A stretch of 64,000 nt of DNA, taken from NCBI GenBank assembly GCA_029547265.1, contig JAKPPP010000112.1:32965-96964 (forward strand), in the 5' to 3' direction. Position numbers and translations under genes: made by a program. Positions within the stretch are counted from its first letter, which is position 1; each line of letters begins with the position of its first letter. Source of the DNA: Bacteroidota bacterium. GTDB taxonomy: Bacteria; Bacteroidota; Bacteroidia; AKYH767-A; OLB10. The notes under the pieces are model-generated. The model was not told the DNA's origin and did not search any database. It worked only from the letters and a program-made list of their open reading frames with translations. This document shows, in pieces, positions 7,665 through 18,371 of this stretch.

Positions 7665-9749
7665 ATGGCCGAGAAGAAAAAAGATATTCTTTGGAGAGTA
7701 TACCTTGTGTTTATAGGGTTTATTCTTTTCGCGCTGGCCATTATTGTTCAGGTGGGTCGACTGCAATTTGTTGAGGGCGACTATTGGAAGCGCAAGCAAG
7801 ATAGCTTAACATTAAGATATTACAATATCGAACCAATGCGCGGAAATATTTATGCGTGTGATGGTTCGTTGCTAGCTACTTCTCTTCCTCGTTATGATGT
7901 TCATGTTGATTTAATGCCTGCGGGATTAAAGGCTGCTGTTTTCAATGATAACGTTGATTCATTAGCATTTTCTTTAAGTGCGCTCTTTAAGGATAAATCG
8001 AAAGCTGAATATAAACGTATTTTGCGTGAAGCTCGTCGCGATAAAAATCATTATTTTTTATTGAAGCGTAATATCTCGTTTAAAGAGCAAAAGGCTATTC
8101 GTACTTTCCCGATTTTCCGTTTGGGAAAAAATAAAGGCGGATTAATTATTACGCAGTTAAGTCGTCGTGAGAAACCATTTAAAAATCTCGCTTCTCGTAC
8201 TATCGGATATAAACTCGATAATAAAGATGTTACTCCGGTGGGTATCGAAGGCGCTTTCAATAATTATTTACAAGGAACAAAAGGAAAACGTTTAATGCAA
8301 CGTATTGCAGGAAATGTATGGAAGCCTGTAAATAATGATAATGAAATTGAACCGATGGATGGTAGTGATGTTGTTACTACTATCGACTTAAATATTCAAG
8401 ATGTTGCAGAGAATGCTTTGATGAAGCAGTTAAGTATGCAAGGTGCTGATATGGGTTGCGCTATTTTAATGGAGGTAGCCACAGGTGAAATTAAAGCGAT
8501 AGCGAATCTTAAGAAAACGGGTGAAGATACTTATGATGAAGTGTTAAACTTCGCTATCAGTCAAGCTGCTGAGCCGGGTTCTACTTTTAAACTTGCATCT
8601 TATATGGTGGCTATGGAGGATGGATACCTTGCTCCAGAAGATATCATCGATAGCTATGGTGGCGTTCATAATTTTGGTTCTTATACAATGCATGATTCTC
8701 ACGAGGGTCTGCCGGCGAAAATTTCTGTGAAGGATGCTTTTGCTCATTCTTCGAATGTGAGTGTTGCTTCAGCAATAGTAAAGTCGTACCAGAAAAATCC
8801 TCAAGCTTTTATCGATGGCTTAAAGAAATTGCATATTGATGATGATTTGGGAATTCAAATCCAAGGCGCGAATAAAATTAAAATTAAAGACACTAAGAAT
8901 AAAACATGGTCGGGATTGTCATTGCCTTTGATGTCAATTGGTTATGAAACTCAATTGTCGCCAATGCAAATCCTTACTTTTTATAATGCTGTTGCAAACA
9001 ACGGTAAAATGATTCAACCTTTATTCGTTAAAGAAATTCGCAATAAAGGAACTCTTGTAAAAACGTTTAAGTCGAAAGTAATTGCTGATTCAATTTGCTC
9101 TCAAGCAACAATTGCTAAAGCTAAAATAATGTTAGAGGAAGTTGTTAAAACAGGAACAGCTTCTCATATCAAGCATGCTCAATATACTATCGCTGGTAAA
9201 ACAGGAACTGCTCAAATTGCGAATGGTGCATTAGGTTTTAATAAACAAAATTATCAAGCTTCCTTCTGCGGATATTTCCCTGCTGATAAGCCACGCTATA
9301 GTTGTATCGTTGTGATTTATGCTCCAAGTAAAGGTGCTTATTATGGTGCTTCGGTTGCTTGTCCGGTGTTTAAAGAAATCGCCGATAAAGTGTATGCATT
9401 GAATGTTGATATGCACGACGAATTACAACGTTATCCTGATTCTACTTACGCAGGTAATCCTTTGTTTAAATCAGGAAGAAGTAATCCAACCTCTATTGCA
9501 GTAAAAAATTTATCACTGCCGGTTGAAACTCCTTCGGCAGGATGGAATAATCAATCACTTAAAGCTATTGAAATAACAGATAGTAAAGTTCCTAATGTAG
9601 TTGGCATGGGATTGCGTGATGCTATGTATTTACTCGAAGGGCAAGGTTTAATAGTAAAACCTGTGGGACGTGGAACAGTAATGCGTCAGTCTATTCAAGC
9701 AGGACAAAAAATTGAAAAGGGCAAACAAATTGTTATCGAATTAAGTTGA
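7665..9749 (+). CDS. ftsI: Penicillin-binding protein 3 / FtsI transpeptidase with C-terminal PASTA domain
   Basis: N-terminal TM anchor. Motifs STFK (PGSTFKLASY), SSN (HSSNVS) and KTGT (AGKTGTAQ). C-terminal PNVVGMGLRDAMYLLEGQGL...GKQIVIEL is PASTA-like. Confidence 0.9.
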   Translation: MAEKKKDILWRVYLVFIGFILFALAIIVQVGRLQFVEGDYWKRKQDSLTLRYYNIEPMRGNIYACDGSLLATSLPRYDVHVDLMPAGLKAAVFNDNVDSLAFSLSALFKDKSKAEYKRILREARRDKNHYFLLKRNISFKEQKAIRTFPIFRLGKNKGGLIITQLSRREKPFKNLASRTIGYKLDNKDVTPVGIEGAFNNYLQGTKGKRLMQRIAGNVWKPVNNDNEIEPMDGSDVVTTIDLNIQDVAENALMKQLSMQGADMGCAILMEVATGEIKAIANLKKTGEDTYDEVLNFAISQAAEPGSTFKLASYMVAMEDGYLAPEDIIDSYGGVHNFGSYTMHDSHEGLPAKISVKDAFAHSSNVSVASAIVKSYQKNPQAFIDGLKKLHIDDDLGIQIQGANKIKIKDTKNKTWSGLSLPLMSIGYETQLSPMQILTFYNAVANNGKMIQPLFVKEIRNKGTLVKTFKSKVIADSICSQATIAKAKIMLEEVVKTGTASHIKHAQYTIAGKTGTAQIANGALGFNKQNYQASFCGYFPADKPRYSCIVVIYAPSKGAYYGASVACPVFKEIADKVYALNVDMHDELQRYPDSTYAGNPLFKSGRSNPTSIAVKNLSLPVETPSAGWNNQSLKAIEITDSKVPNVVGMGLRDAMYLLEGQGLIVKPVGRGTVMRQSIQAGQKIEKGKQIVIELS

Positions 9750-11206
9750 TGAAAGCGCTTAAAGACATACTATATAAAACAGGAATTGAAGAAGTCGCGG
9801 GAAATACTTCCGTGATGATTCACTCTGTTGCTTTTGATTCACGTAAAGTGAGTGAGGGTTGCCTTTTTGTTGCAGTGCGTGGAACGAAAAGCGACGGACA
9901 TCAGTTTATTGATGATGTAATTTCAAAAGGTGCAGTTGCTATCATTTGTGAAGAAATGCCTTCGACAATTCAGTCAGGAATTACTTATGTTAGAGTTCGT
10001 GATGCTGCAAATGCACTGGCGTTAATTTGTTCTAACTTTTTTGATCAGCCTTCAACTAAATTAAAACTGATTGGTGTTACAGGTACTAACGGTAAAACGA
10101 CTACAGTAACATTGTTGCATTCTTTATTCACACGACTTGGATATACATGCGGTATGTTAAGTACTGTTCGTAACCTAATAGGTGATATTGAAATCCCTTC
10201 AACTCATACAACTCCGGATCCTTTGCAGTTGAATGAATTGTTGTCGAAAATGGTTGATGCAGGCTGTCAGTATTGCTTCATGGAAGTTAGTTCTCACGCA
10301 GTAGTTCAACAACGTGTGGCAGGACTCGAATTTGCCGGCGGACTATTTACAAATATTACTCGCGATCATTTAGATTATCATAAAACATTCGACGAATATA
10401 TCCGTGCTAAAAAAGGGTTCTTCGATGTGCTGGGAGAAAATGCCTTTGCATTAGTGAATGCCGATGATAGAAACCATAAGATTATGGTTCAAAATACGAA
10501 AGCATCGGTAAAAACTTTTTCTCAAAAAGGAGTAGCTGATTTTAAAGTGAAAGTTCTTGAAAATACTTTCTCGGGATTGATGCTAAATATCGACGGTAAC
10601 GATGTTTTATGTCGACTTGTAGGAAGCTTTAACGCCTATAATCTTTTAGGTGTTTATGCAACAGCATTGTTGTGCGGCGAAGAAAAGTTAAATGTCCTTA
10701 CAGCATTAAGTGGCTTAACTCCTCCTGATGGACGTTTCGAATACATTACTTCTGAAAATGGAATCTTCGGAATTGTAGATTATGCTCATACTCCTGATGC
10801 TTTGCAAAATGTATTACTAACGATTAAGGATATCCGAACAGGAAACGAAAAGGTAATTACAATTATAGGATGTGGTGGTGATCGTGATGCAGGAAAGCGT
10901 CCGCAAATGTCGGCTATTGCTTGCGAGTACAGTGATAAAGTTATTCTCACGTCCGACAATCCTAGAAGTGAAGATCCTGAAAGTATTATTGCGCAAATGA
11001 AGGAAGGCGTTCCGCCTCAGTATTATAGAAAATCATTAGCGATTACCGATCGCAAAGAAGCTGTTAGAACAGCAGTGGCGCTAGCTCAACCCGGAGATAT
11101 AATCTTATTAGCCGGCAAGGGACACGAAAAGTATCAAGAAATTAAAGGAGTGAAATATCCTTTCGACGACAAACAGATTTTAGCTGAATCCTTCCAATTA
11201 AGTTGA
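9749..11206 (+). CDS. murE: UDP-MurNAc-L-Ala-D-Glu:meso-diaminopimelate ligase MurE
   Basis: [11 protein letters not shown]-loop and a DNPR motif ([10 protein letters not shown]) indicating meso-DAP specificity. The track start at 9746 is a TTG; the ATG at 9749 overlaps the ftsI TGA (TGATG). Confidence 0.95.
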   Translation: MKALKDILYKTGIEEVAGNTSVMIHSVAFDSRKVSEGCLFVAVRGTKSDGHQFIDDVISKGAVAIICEEMPSTIQSGITYVRVRDAANALALICSNFFDQPSTKLKLIGVTGTNGKTTTVTLLHSLFTRLGYTCGMLSTVRNLIGDIEIPSTHTTPDPLQLNELLSKMVDAGCQYCFMEVSSHAVVQQRVAGLEFAGGLFTNITRDHLDYHKTFDEYIRAKKGFFDVLGENAFALVNADDRNHKIMVQNTKASVKTFSQKGVADFKVKVLENTFSGLMLNIDGNDVLCRLVGSFNAYNLLGVYATALLCGEEKLNVLTALSGLTPPDGRFEYITSENGIFGIVDYAHTPDALQNVLLTIKDIRTGNEKVITIIGCGGDRDAGKRPQMSAIACEYSDKVILTSDNPRSEDPESIIAQMKEGVPPQYYRKSLAITDRKEAVRTAVALAQPGDIILLAGKGHEKYQEIKGVKYPFDDKQILAESFQLS

Positions 11207-11210
11207 TCAT

Positions 11211-12467
11211 ATGTTATATTATTTATTCTCATATCTAGATAGAGTTTACGATTTCCCGGGTGCCGGAGTATTTCGTTTCCTTTCCTTCCGCGCTGCAATG
11301 GCTATCATCACATCATTGGTGATTACTATGTTGTTGGGAAAAAGAATTATTGCCTTGTTATTGCGTATGCAAGTAGGTGAGACGATTCGCGACTTAGGAC
11401 TAGAAGGGCAAAAAGAAAAACAAGGGACTCCTACCATGGGAGGGTTGATCATTATATCAGCGATTTTAATTCCAACAATTCTGTTTACTAAACTCGATAA
11501 CGTATATATCGTAATTATGATCATTAGTACACTTTGGCTAGGGTTCATTGGTTTCCTCGATGATTATATCAAAGTATACAAAAAAGATAAAGAAGGGTTA
11601 CGTGCAAAGTCAAAATTAATCGGGCAAGTTGGATTAGGAATAATCATCGGATCAATACTTTATTTTAATCCGAATGTTACTGTTCGTGAAAAAGCTACCA
11701 ATACTCAACTTGTAGTATCTCAAAATGAAAATTTGATTGATCAAATTAGAAATAAAGAAGGAGTGTTGTTTTCGGGTGAAAATGTTAAGTCAACAAAAAC
11801 AACAATTCCTTTCTTCAAAAACAATGAATTCGATTATGCTAACTTGATTAGTTGGTCAGGAGATAATGCAAAATGGCTTTTGCCAATCTTGTTTATTGCA
11901 ATTGTTACTTTCATTATTACTGCTGTTTCTAATGGAGCCAATATTACTGATGGTATTGACGGATTAGCAACAGGTACTTCTGCTATTATAGGTACCACAT
12001 TGGCAATCTTCGCTTATGTATCGGGTAATACAGTTTTCGCGAATTACTTGAACATTATGTATATCCCGAATACGGGTGAGCTAATGGTTTTCATGAGCGC
12101 ATTTGTTGGTGCAACTGTTGGTTTCCTCTGGTATAATTCATATCCGGCTCAAGTGTTTATGGGTGATACAGGAAGTTTAGCGATAGGAGGAATTATAGCC
12201 GTTTTCGCTATAGCAGTACGTAAGGAATTGTTGATTCCAATTATCTGCGGAATCTTCTTGGTTGAAAATTTATCTGTAATGATGCAGGTAAGTTATTTCA
12301 AATACACGAAAAAGAAGTATGGTGAAGGAAGAAGGATATTAAAGATGTCTCCTTTACATCACCATTACCAAAAGTTAGGATACCACGAAGCGAAAATCGT
12401 TACGCGCTTTTGGATCATCGGAATTATGCTTGCAGTACTTAGCGTAGCTACATTGAAATTACGTTAA
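11211..12467 (+). CDS. mraY: Phospho-N-acetylmuramoyl-pentapeptide transferase MraY
   Basis: Polytopic membrane protein with [22 protein letters not shown] and [13 protein letters not shown]. It carries the insertion typical of Bacteroidota MraY. Confidence 0.95.
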   Translation: MLYYLFSYLDRVYDFPGAGVFRFLSFRAAMAIITSLVITMLLGKRIIALLLRMQVGETIRDLGLEGQKEKQGTPTMGGLIIISAILIPTILFTKLDNVYIVIMIISTLWLGFIGFLDDYIKVYKKDKEGLRAKSKLIGQVGLGIIIGSILYFNPNVTVREKATNTQLVVSQNENLIDQIRNKEGVLFSGENVKSTKTTIPFFKNNEFDYANLISWSGDNAKWLLPILFIAIVTFIITAVSNGANITDGIDGLATGTSAIIGTTLAIFAYVSGNTVFANYLNIMYIPNTGELMVFMSAFVGATVGFLWYNSYPAQVFMGDTGSLAIGGIIAVFAIAVRKELLIPIICGIFLVENLSVMMQVSYFKYTKKKYGEGRRILKMSPLHHHYQKLGYHEAKIVTRFWIIGIMLAVLSVATLKLR

Positions 12468-12487
12468 TCAAAAAAGAAAAATATTAA

Positions 12488-13831
12488 ATGAATACTTCAA
12501 AAAAAATAGTAATCCTGGGTGCCGCTGAAAGTGGCGTTGGATCGGCTGTTCTTGCTCAGAAATTGGGCATGGAAGTATTCGTTTCGGATGCAGGAAAAAT
12601 TGCAGAGAAGTACAAAAAAGAATTGGTGTCGAGAGATATTCGCTTCGAAGAAGGTAGCCATACCGAGTCTGAAATTTTAAGTGCAAGCGAGATTATAAAA
12701 AGTCCGGGTATTCCTGATAAAGCTCCTCTTGTAAAGAAAGCTAAAGAACAAGGAATAAAAATTATTTCTGAAATCGAGTTCGCTGCTCGATATACAGATG
12801 CAAAAATTATTGCGATTACAGGAACGAACGGTAAAACAACTACTACCATGCTTACATATCATATTCTGCAAAAAGCAGGAATGAATGTTGGCCTCGGAGG
12901 AAATGTAGGAAAGAGTTTCGCTCGTCAAGTGGCTGAAGAAAATTTTGATCATTATGTTCTTGAGTTGAGCAGTTTTCAACTTGATGGATGTTATGAATTC
13001 AAAGCAGATATCGGCATCCTTACAAATATTACTCCCGATCACCTCGATCGTTACGAATACCAATTACAGAATTATGTCGATTCTAAATTCAGGATTTTGC
13101 AAAATCAAACTGCTGCAGATGCATTTATCTATTGCGCAGATGACGAGCTTACGATGAAAGAAATCGCCAAGTTAAATCCCGGAATGCAACTTTTCCCTTT
13201 TTCAATTTATAAGAAAGAAGGAATGAGCGCATGGGTAGAAGACGAACAACTATACATTCAAACCAATAACCAACAACTCAATATGTCTATTCACGATCTG
13301 GCTTTACAAGGCAAACACAACTTGTACAATTCAATGGCTTCAGGAATCGCTTCTCGTATACTTGATATACGTAAAGATGTAGTTCGCGAGAGCTTCTCTG
13401 ATTTCGAAAACATTGAACACCGCCTCGAATTTGTTAATACTGTTCATGGTATCGACTTTATTAATGACTCAAAAGCAACGAATGTCAATTCTACTTGGTA
13501 TGCTCTAGAGAGTATTCAAAATCCTATTGTATGGATTGCAGGTGGAGTAGATAAAGGAAACGATTATGATATGATTTCTGAGTTGGTGAAGTCGAGAGTG
13601 AAAGCTCTTGTCTGCATGGGAGTCGATAATATGAAATTAATCGAAGCATTTAAAGATGTAGTTCCGGTAATAGTTGAAGCTGGTTCTGCAGAAGAGGCTG
13701 TTCAAGCTGCTTACCGTTTAGGTAAGAAAGGAGATACAGTTTTATTGTCTCCGTGCTGCGCTTCTTTCGATTTATTCGAGAATTATGAAGACCGCGGACG
13801 TAAATTCAAAGCAGCAGTTCGCGCTTTGTAA
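12488..13831 (+). CDS. murD: UDP-MurNAc-L-Ala:D-Glu ligase MurD
   Basis: [12 protein letters not shown]-loop, Mur ligase middle and C-terminal domains, and dcw position. Confidence 0.95.
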   Translation: MNTSKKIVILGAAESGVGSAVLAQKLGMEVFVSDAGKIAEKYKKELVSRDIRFEEGSHTESEILSASEIIKSPGIPDKAPLVKKAKEQGIKIISEIEFAARYTDAKIIAITGTNGKTTTTMLTYHILQKAGMNVGLGGNVGKSFARQVAEENFDHYVLELSSFQLDGCYEFKADIGILTNITPDHLDRYEYQLQNYVDSKFRILQNQTAADAFIYCADDELTMKEIAKLNPGMQLFPFSIYKKEGMSAWVEDEQLYIQTNNQQLNMSIHDLALQGKHNLYNSMASGIASRILDIRKDVVRESFSDFENIEHRLEFVNTVHGIDFINDSKATNVNSTWYALESIQNPIVWIAGGVDKGNDYDMISELVKSRVKALVCMGVDNMKLIEAFKDVVPVIVEAGSAEEAVQAAYRLGKKGDTVLLSPCCASFDLFENYEDRGRKFKAAVRAL

Positions 13832-13887
13832 AATAAAATTGAAGTTGTTTGGTTTATAGTATATAGTTCAATTCATCAGTTATAAAA

Positions 13888-15051
13888 ATGACCTGGCTCG
13901 AGACACACTTTAAAGGCGACAGAACTATCTGGCTGATAGTAATTCTGTTGTCGTTTATAAGCACGCTGGCGGTATATAGTTCTACCGGCACGCTGGCTTA
14001 TAAATATCAGTCGGGGAATACAGAGTATTATATTCTGAAACATGCTTTCATTTTAGCATTCGGTTTCGGACTAATGTATATGTTCCATTTAGCATCATAT
14101 ACTGTTTATGCCAGATTCGCCAGGTTGGCATTTATTATTACAGTGCCTTTGCTTATTCTAACACTATTTATGGGTACGAATATCAATGATGCAAATCGTT
14201 GGATTACTTTACCCATTATCGGTTTGTCGTTTCAAACTTCCGATTTAGCAAAGTTGTCGTTGATCTTGTATTTAGCTCGATTGATTTCAAAAAAGCAAGA
14301 GTCGATCAACGACTTTAAAGCTTCGTTTGTCCCTATCGTGATTCCGGTGTTTATTGTTTGCGGATTAATTCTTCCTGCTAACTTCTCTACAGCAGCAGTA
14401 TTGTTTTCTACTTCGATGGTATTGATGTTCATAGGTAGAGTTCCGCTGAAATTTATTTTCGGTTTATTAGGTACTGCCGTATTAGCCTTTGCCTTGTTCA
14501 TCGGCATCGCTAAGTTGGTAGGATATAATGGTCGTATTAGTACTTGGGGTTCTCGTATTGAAAATTTTAGGTCAAAAAAAAGTACCGACGAAGGTGACTA
14601 CCAAGTGCAACAAGCAAAGATTGCAATTGCTACCGGTGGAATTTTCGGAAAAGGTCCCGGACAAAGTGCTCAAAGAAATTTCTTGCCGCATCCTTATTCC
14701 GATTTCATCTTCGCTATCATCATCGAAGAGTATGGTCTTGCCGGTGGTTGTTTCGTTGTGCTACTTTATCTAATGCTCTTCTATCGAGCAATTCAAATTG
14801 TTCGTCGGACCGAAAGAGCTTTCGCTGCAATGATTACCATTGGTTGCGCATTTAGCTTAGTGTTTCAAGCATTGATAAATATGGCTGTTGCAGTGCATAT
14901 CTTCCCTGTTACAGGGCAGCCTCTGCCGATGTTAAGTATGGGTGGTACATCAATTTGGTTTACCAGCTTTGCCATCGGAATTATTTTAAGTGTAAGTAGT
15001 GAGATTGATAAAAAAGTAACTAATAAAACAGCAGAAGTTGCAGTCGCCTAA
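13888..15051 (+). CDS. ftsW: SEDS-family peptidoglycan polymerase FtsW
   Basis: About 10 TM segments with SEDS motifs (FQTSDLAKL, PHPYSDFIFAII, PLPMLSMGGTS), positioned between murD and murG. Confidence 0.9.
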   Translation: MTWLETHFKGDRTIWLIVILLSFISTLAVYSSTGTLAYKYQSGNTEYYILKHAFILAFGFGLMYMFHLASYTVYARFARLAFIITVPLLILTLFMGTNINDANRWITLPIIGLSFQTSDLAKLSLILYLARLISKKQESINDFKASFVPIVIPVFIVCGLILPANFSTAAVLFSTSMVLMFIGRVPLKFIFGLLGTAVLAFALFIGIAKLVGYNGRISTWGSRIENFRSKKSTDEGDYQVQQAKIAIATGGIFGKGPGQSAQRNFLPHPYSDFIFAIIIEEYGLAGGCFVVLLYLMLFYRAIQIVRRTERAFAAMITIGCAFSLVFQALINMAVAVHIFPVTGQPLPMLSMGGTSIWFTSFAIGIILSVSSEIDKKVTNKTAEVAVA

Positions 15052-16150
15052 TAACATAAAGGTAATCATCAGCGGTGGTGGTACAGGAGGACATATCTTT
15101 CCTGCTATTGCTATTGCAAACGCATTGAAGGCATTAAATCCTTCAATCGAGATTTTATTTGTAGGCGCAGAAGGCAAAATGGAAATGGAAAAAGTTCCTG
15201 CTGCCGGATATAAAATTGAAGGATTACCAATTGCAGGAATTAAAAGAGAATTGTCGCTTGATAATTTGTCGTTTCCTTTCAAACTTTTGAAGAGCTTGAA
15301 TAAAGCAGGTTCTGTAATGAAGAATTTTAATCCCGATGTAGCTGTTGGAGTAGGTGGCTATGCCAGCGGACCAATGCTTTTTACTGCATCACGTAAGGGA
15401 GTGCCAACATTAATTCAAGAGCAAAATTCTTATCCCGGTATCACGAATAAAATTCTTTCGAAGAAAGCGGCGAAAGTATGTGTTGCTTATGAAAACATGG
15501 ATCGCTTCTTTGAAGCCGATAAAATTATTTTTACAGGAAATCCTGTCCGCGAAGACATCAAGCATATTGATGGTAAGAAATTAGAAGCCTGTAGATTCTT
15601 TGGTCTTGATCCCGAAAAACCAACATTGTTAGTTGTCGGAGGAAGCCAAGGAGCGCGAAGTATTAACAGAGCGATGAAAGCAGGATTAAAGCAAATAAAT
15701 GATGCAGGTGTTCAGTTGATTTGGCAAACAGGAAAATTGTTTTTTTCTGAGGCAAAAGAAGCTGTTGAATCATTAAATGTAACATCTTTGCACGCTTTTG
15801 ATTTTATCAGTAAAATGGATCTTGCTTATGCTGCTGCCGATGTAGTGGTTGCTAGGGCGGGAGCAAGTACAGTTTCTGAATTGTGCATTGTTAAAAAACC
15901 AGCCATTCTAGTTCCACTTCCTACTGCTGCCGAAGATCATCAAACAAAAAATTGCATTGCATTAGTAGAAAGAAATGCGGCATTGTTGGTGAATGATAGT
16001 GAAGCATCAACGAAATTGGTAAACAATGCATTGGATTTAATTGCAAATGCATCTCAAAGAAAAAGTTTAAGTGACAATATAGCAGTGATGGCTCGTCCGG
16101 ATGCTGCGCAACAAATTGCAAAAGAAGTTTTGCGCCTCGCAAGAAAATAA
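15038..16150 (+). CDS. murG: Lipid II synthase MurG (UDP-GlcNAc transferase)
   Basis: ISGGGTGGHIFPAIAIA and VVARAGASTVSEL motifs. The start codon is TTG, overlapping the ftsW end; there is no nearby ATG. Confidence 0.93.
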   Translation: MQSPNNIKVIISGGGTGGHIFPAIAIANALKALNPSIEILFVGAEGKMEMEKVPAAGYKIEGLPIAGIKRELSLDNLSFPFKLLKSLNKAGSVMKNFNPDVAVGVGGYASGPMLFTASRKGVPTLIQEQNSYPGITNKILSKKAAKVCVAYENMDRFFEADKIIFTGNPVREDIKHIDGKKLEACRFFGLDPEKPTLLVVGGSQGARSINRAMKAGLKQINDAGVQLIWQTGKLFFSEAKEAVESLNVTSLHAFDFISKMDLAYAAADVVVARAGASTVSELCIVKKPAILVPLPTAAEDHQTKNCIALVERNAALLVNDSEASTKLVNNALDLIANASQRKSLSDNIAVMARPDAAQQIAKEVLRLARK

Positions 16151-16151
16151 A

Positions 16152-17546
16152 ATGAAGAACAGCATGCAGCATATACGTTATGTTTATCTCCTAGGAATAG
16201 GAGGTATAGGCATGAGTGCGCTTGCGCGTTACTTCAAAGCTGATGGCAAATCAGTTTCGGGATACGACAAAACTCCGACTCCGTTAACGCAAGCATTGTC
16301 AGATGAAGGAATTGAAATTCATTTCGACGATGATGTGAATCGTATTCCTGTGACTGTTCGAAATCTCGATAATAAGTCGCAAGTTCTTGTTATACTAACT
16401 CCTGCTGTTCCTGCCGATCATAGCGAACTCGCTTTCTTTAAAACGAACGGATATGAAATTGCAAAACGATCAAAAGTATTAGGAATGTTAACTGCCGATC
16501 ATTTTACTTTGGCAGTAGCAGGTACTCATGGGAAAACAACAACATCAACTTTATTAGCACATATTCTCCATTCTGCGGGTATGAATTGCTCGGCATTTTT
16601 AGGAGGTATCAGTACTAACTTCGGATCGAACCTTTTAATTGGCGATTCATCGAAGCCCGATCATAAAGTGGTTGTGGAAGCCGATGAATTTGATCGTTCC
16701 TTCTTAACCTTGTTCCCTGAGTTGGCTATCATCACATCGATGGATGCCGATCATCTCGATATCTACGGCGATCCCAATGAAATGCAAAATACATACCGTG
16801 CATTCGCTGCTCAAGTGAAGCCAAACGGAATGCTGTTGCATAAAAAAGGATTGGAAGTAGGAAATACCGCTTGTCGCAGAATGACTTATTCGATAAAAGA
16901 TAACGAAGCGGCTGATTTTAGAGGGGATAATATTCGAGTTGAAAATGGTGCATATAAATTCACTTTAGAAACACCATCAATAAAAATAGAAGGGTTGACT
17001 TTAGGGCTGCCAGGCCGACATAACATTGAAAATGCCGTGGCTGCATCAGGACTTGCATTAGAATGTGGTGTTAAACCTTCCGATCTGAAAGTTGCACTCG
17101 CATCATTCAAAGGAGCACAACGCCGATTTGAAGTGCATGTGAAAAATGATAATATAGTTTACATCGACGATTACGCTCATCACCCTGAAGAATTGAGGGC
17201 TGCGATTTCGTCGGCAAGAGAATTATATCCGAATAAAAAGATTGCAGGGATCTTTCAACCGCATCTTTTTAGTCGCACGCGCGACTTTGCCGATGGCTTT
17301 GCAGAAAGTTTAAGCTTGTTAGATACGTTGTACATGATCGAGCTTTATCCGGCACGCGAAAAGCCGATTCCGGGAGTGAATTCTCAAATGATTTTAGACA
17401 AAGTTTCTATCGCCGATAAGCATTTATTGTCGAGAGAAGACTTGTTAATAAAACTACAAAATGAAAAACCACAAGTGTTATTAACACTTGGAGCTGGTGA
17501 TATCGATCAATTAGTGAAACCAATTGCGCAATTACTTTCAGCATAA
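16152..17546 (+). CDS. murC: UDP-N-acetylmuramate:L-alanine ligase MurC
   Basis: YLLGIGGIGMSALA, AVAGTHGKTTTS and DDYAHHPEE. The track ORF starts at 16101 inside murG; the ATG at 16152 (MKNSMQHIRYVY...), just after the murG stop, is preferred. Confidence 0.93.
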   Translation: MKNSMQHIRYVYLLGIGGIGMSALARYFKADGKSVSGYDKTPTPLTQALSDEGIEIHFDDDVNRIPVTVRNLDNKSQVLVILTPAVPADHSELAFFKTNGYEIAKRSKVLGMLTADHFTLAVAGTHGKTTTSTLLAHILHSAGMNCSAFLGGISTNFGSNLLIGDSSKPDHKVVVEADEFDRSFLTLFPELAIITSMDADHLDIYGDPNEMQNTYRAFAAQVKPNGMLLHKKGLEVGNTACRRMTYSIKDNEAADFRGDNIRVENGAYKFTLETPSIKIEGLTLGLPGRHNIENAVAASGLALECGVKPSDLKVALASFKGAQRRFEVHVKNDNIVYIDDYAHHPEELRAAISSARELYPNKKIAGIFQPHLFSRTRDFADGFAESLSLLDTLYMIELYPAREKPIPGVNSQMILDKVSIADKHLLSREDLLIKLQNEKPQVLLTLGAGDIDQLVKPIAQLLSA

Positions 17547-18364
17547 TGGAACTAAAACCGAAAGTAAAATCGATATTGATTCTGAGTACATGGATCATCA
17601 CTGCAATCGGAATGATTGTATTGTTGGGCTTTGTAAATCAGCGTCAAGAGCAGTTGTTATGCAAGAAAATTACAATCGATATTGATGAGTCTGTATCGCA
17701 TGATTTTATTGATAATACTGACATCATTCAACTCATCAACAGCAAGGGAAAAGTAGAGGGAAAAGCACTCGGTTCCATCAACACTTCACTGTTAGAAAAA
17801 ATTATTCTAACCAACCCTTTCGTAGAGAGAGCTGAAGTATATTCATCGATTGATGGAAACCTACATGCCGACGTTTGGCAAAGGGATCCGATCGTAAGAA
17901 TTGTAAACATGCACGACGAGCAATTTTATATCGACAAGAAGGGTGAATTTATGCCGGTTTCGGATAAATACACTCCTCCGGTTATTGTTGCCAATGGGTA
18001 TATCTACAATACTTACACCGAGATGAAAATTACTACTCCGGTGCTTACGGATGATTCTTTGAAGAATGATTCATTGATGATTCCGCGTACGATCAATCAG
18101 GTGTATGCATTGGCGAAGTTTGTTGAGGCCGATACTTTCTGGACTGCAAACACAGAACAGATTTATGTGAACGAACACCAAGAGTTAGAGTTAATTCCGC
18201 GTGTCGGCAACCATCGAGTGTTGTTGGGCGACACCATAGATCTTCAGGATAAATTCCGGAGACTGATGATTTTCTACAAAGAAGGTCTCAGTAAAACCGG
18301 TTGGAATAATTACAGTGTGATCAACCTTAAGTTCCGCAATCAGGTGGTCTGCACGAAAAATTAA
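17546..18364 (+). CDS. ftsQ: Cell division protein FtsQ (POTRA domain)
   Basis: N-terminal TM helix then a POTRA-like region, with dcw position and a TAATG overlap with murC. Confidence 0.8.
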   Translation: MELKPKVKSILILSTWIITAIGMIVLLGFVNQRQEQLLCKKITIDIDESVSHDFIDNTDIIQLINSKGKVEGKALGSINTSLLEKIILTNPFVERAEVYSSIDGNLHADVWQRDPIVRIVNMHDEQFYIDKKGEFMPVSDKYTPPVIVANGYIYNTYTEMKITTPVLTDDSLKNDSLMIPRTINQVYALAKFVEADTFWTANTEQIYVNEHQELELIPRVGNHRVLLGDTIDLQDKFRRLMIFYKEGLSKTGWNNYSVINLKFRNQVVCTKN

Positions 18365-18371
18365 TTTGTAA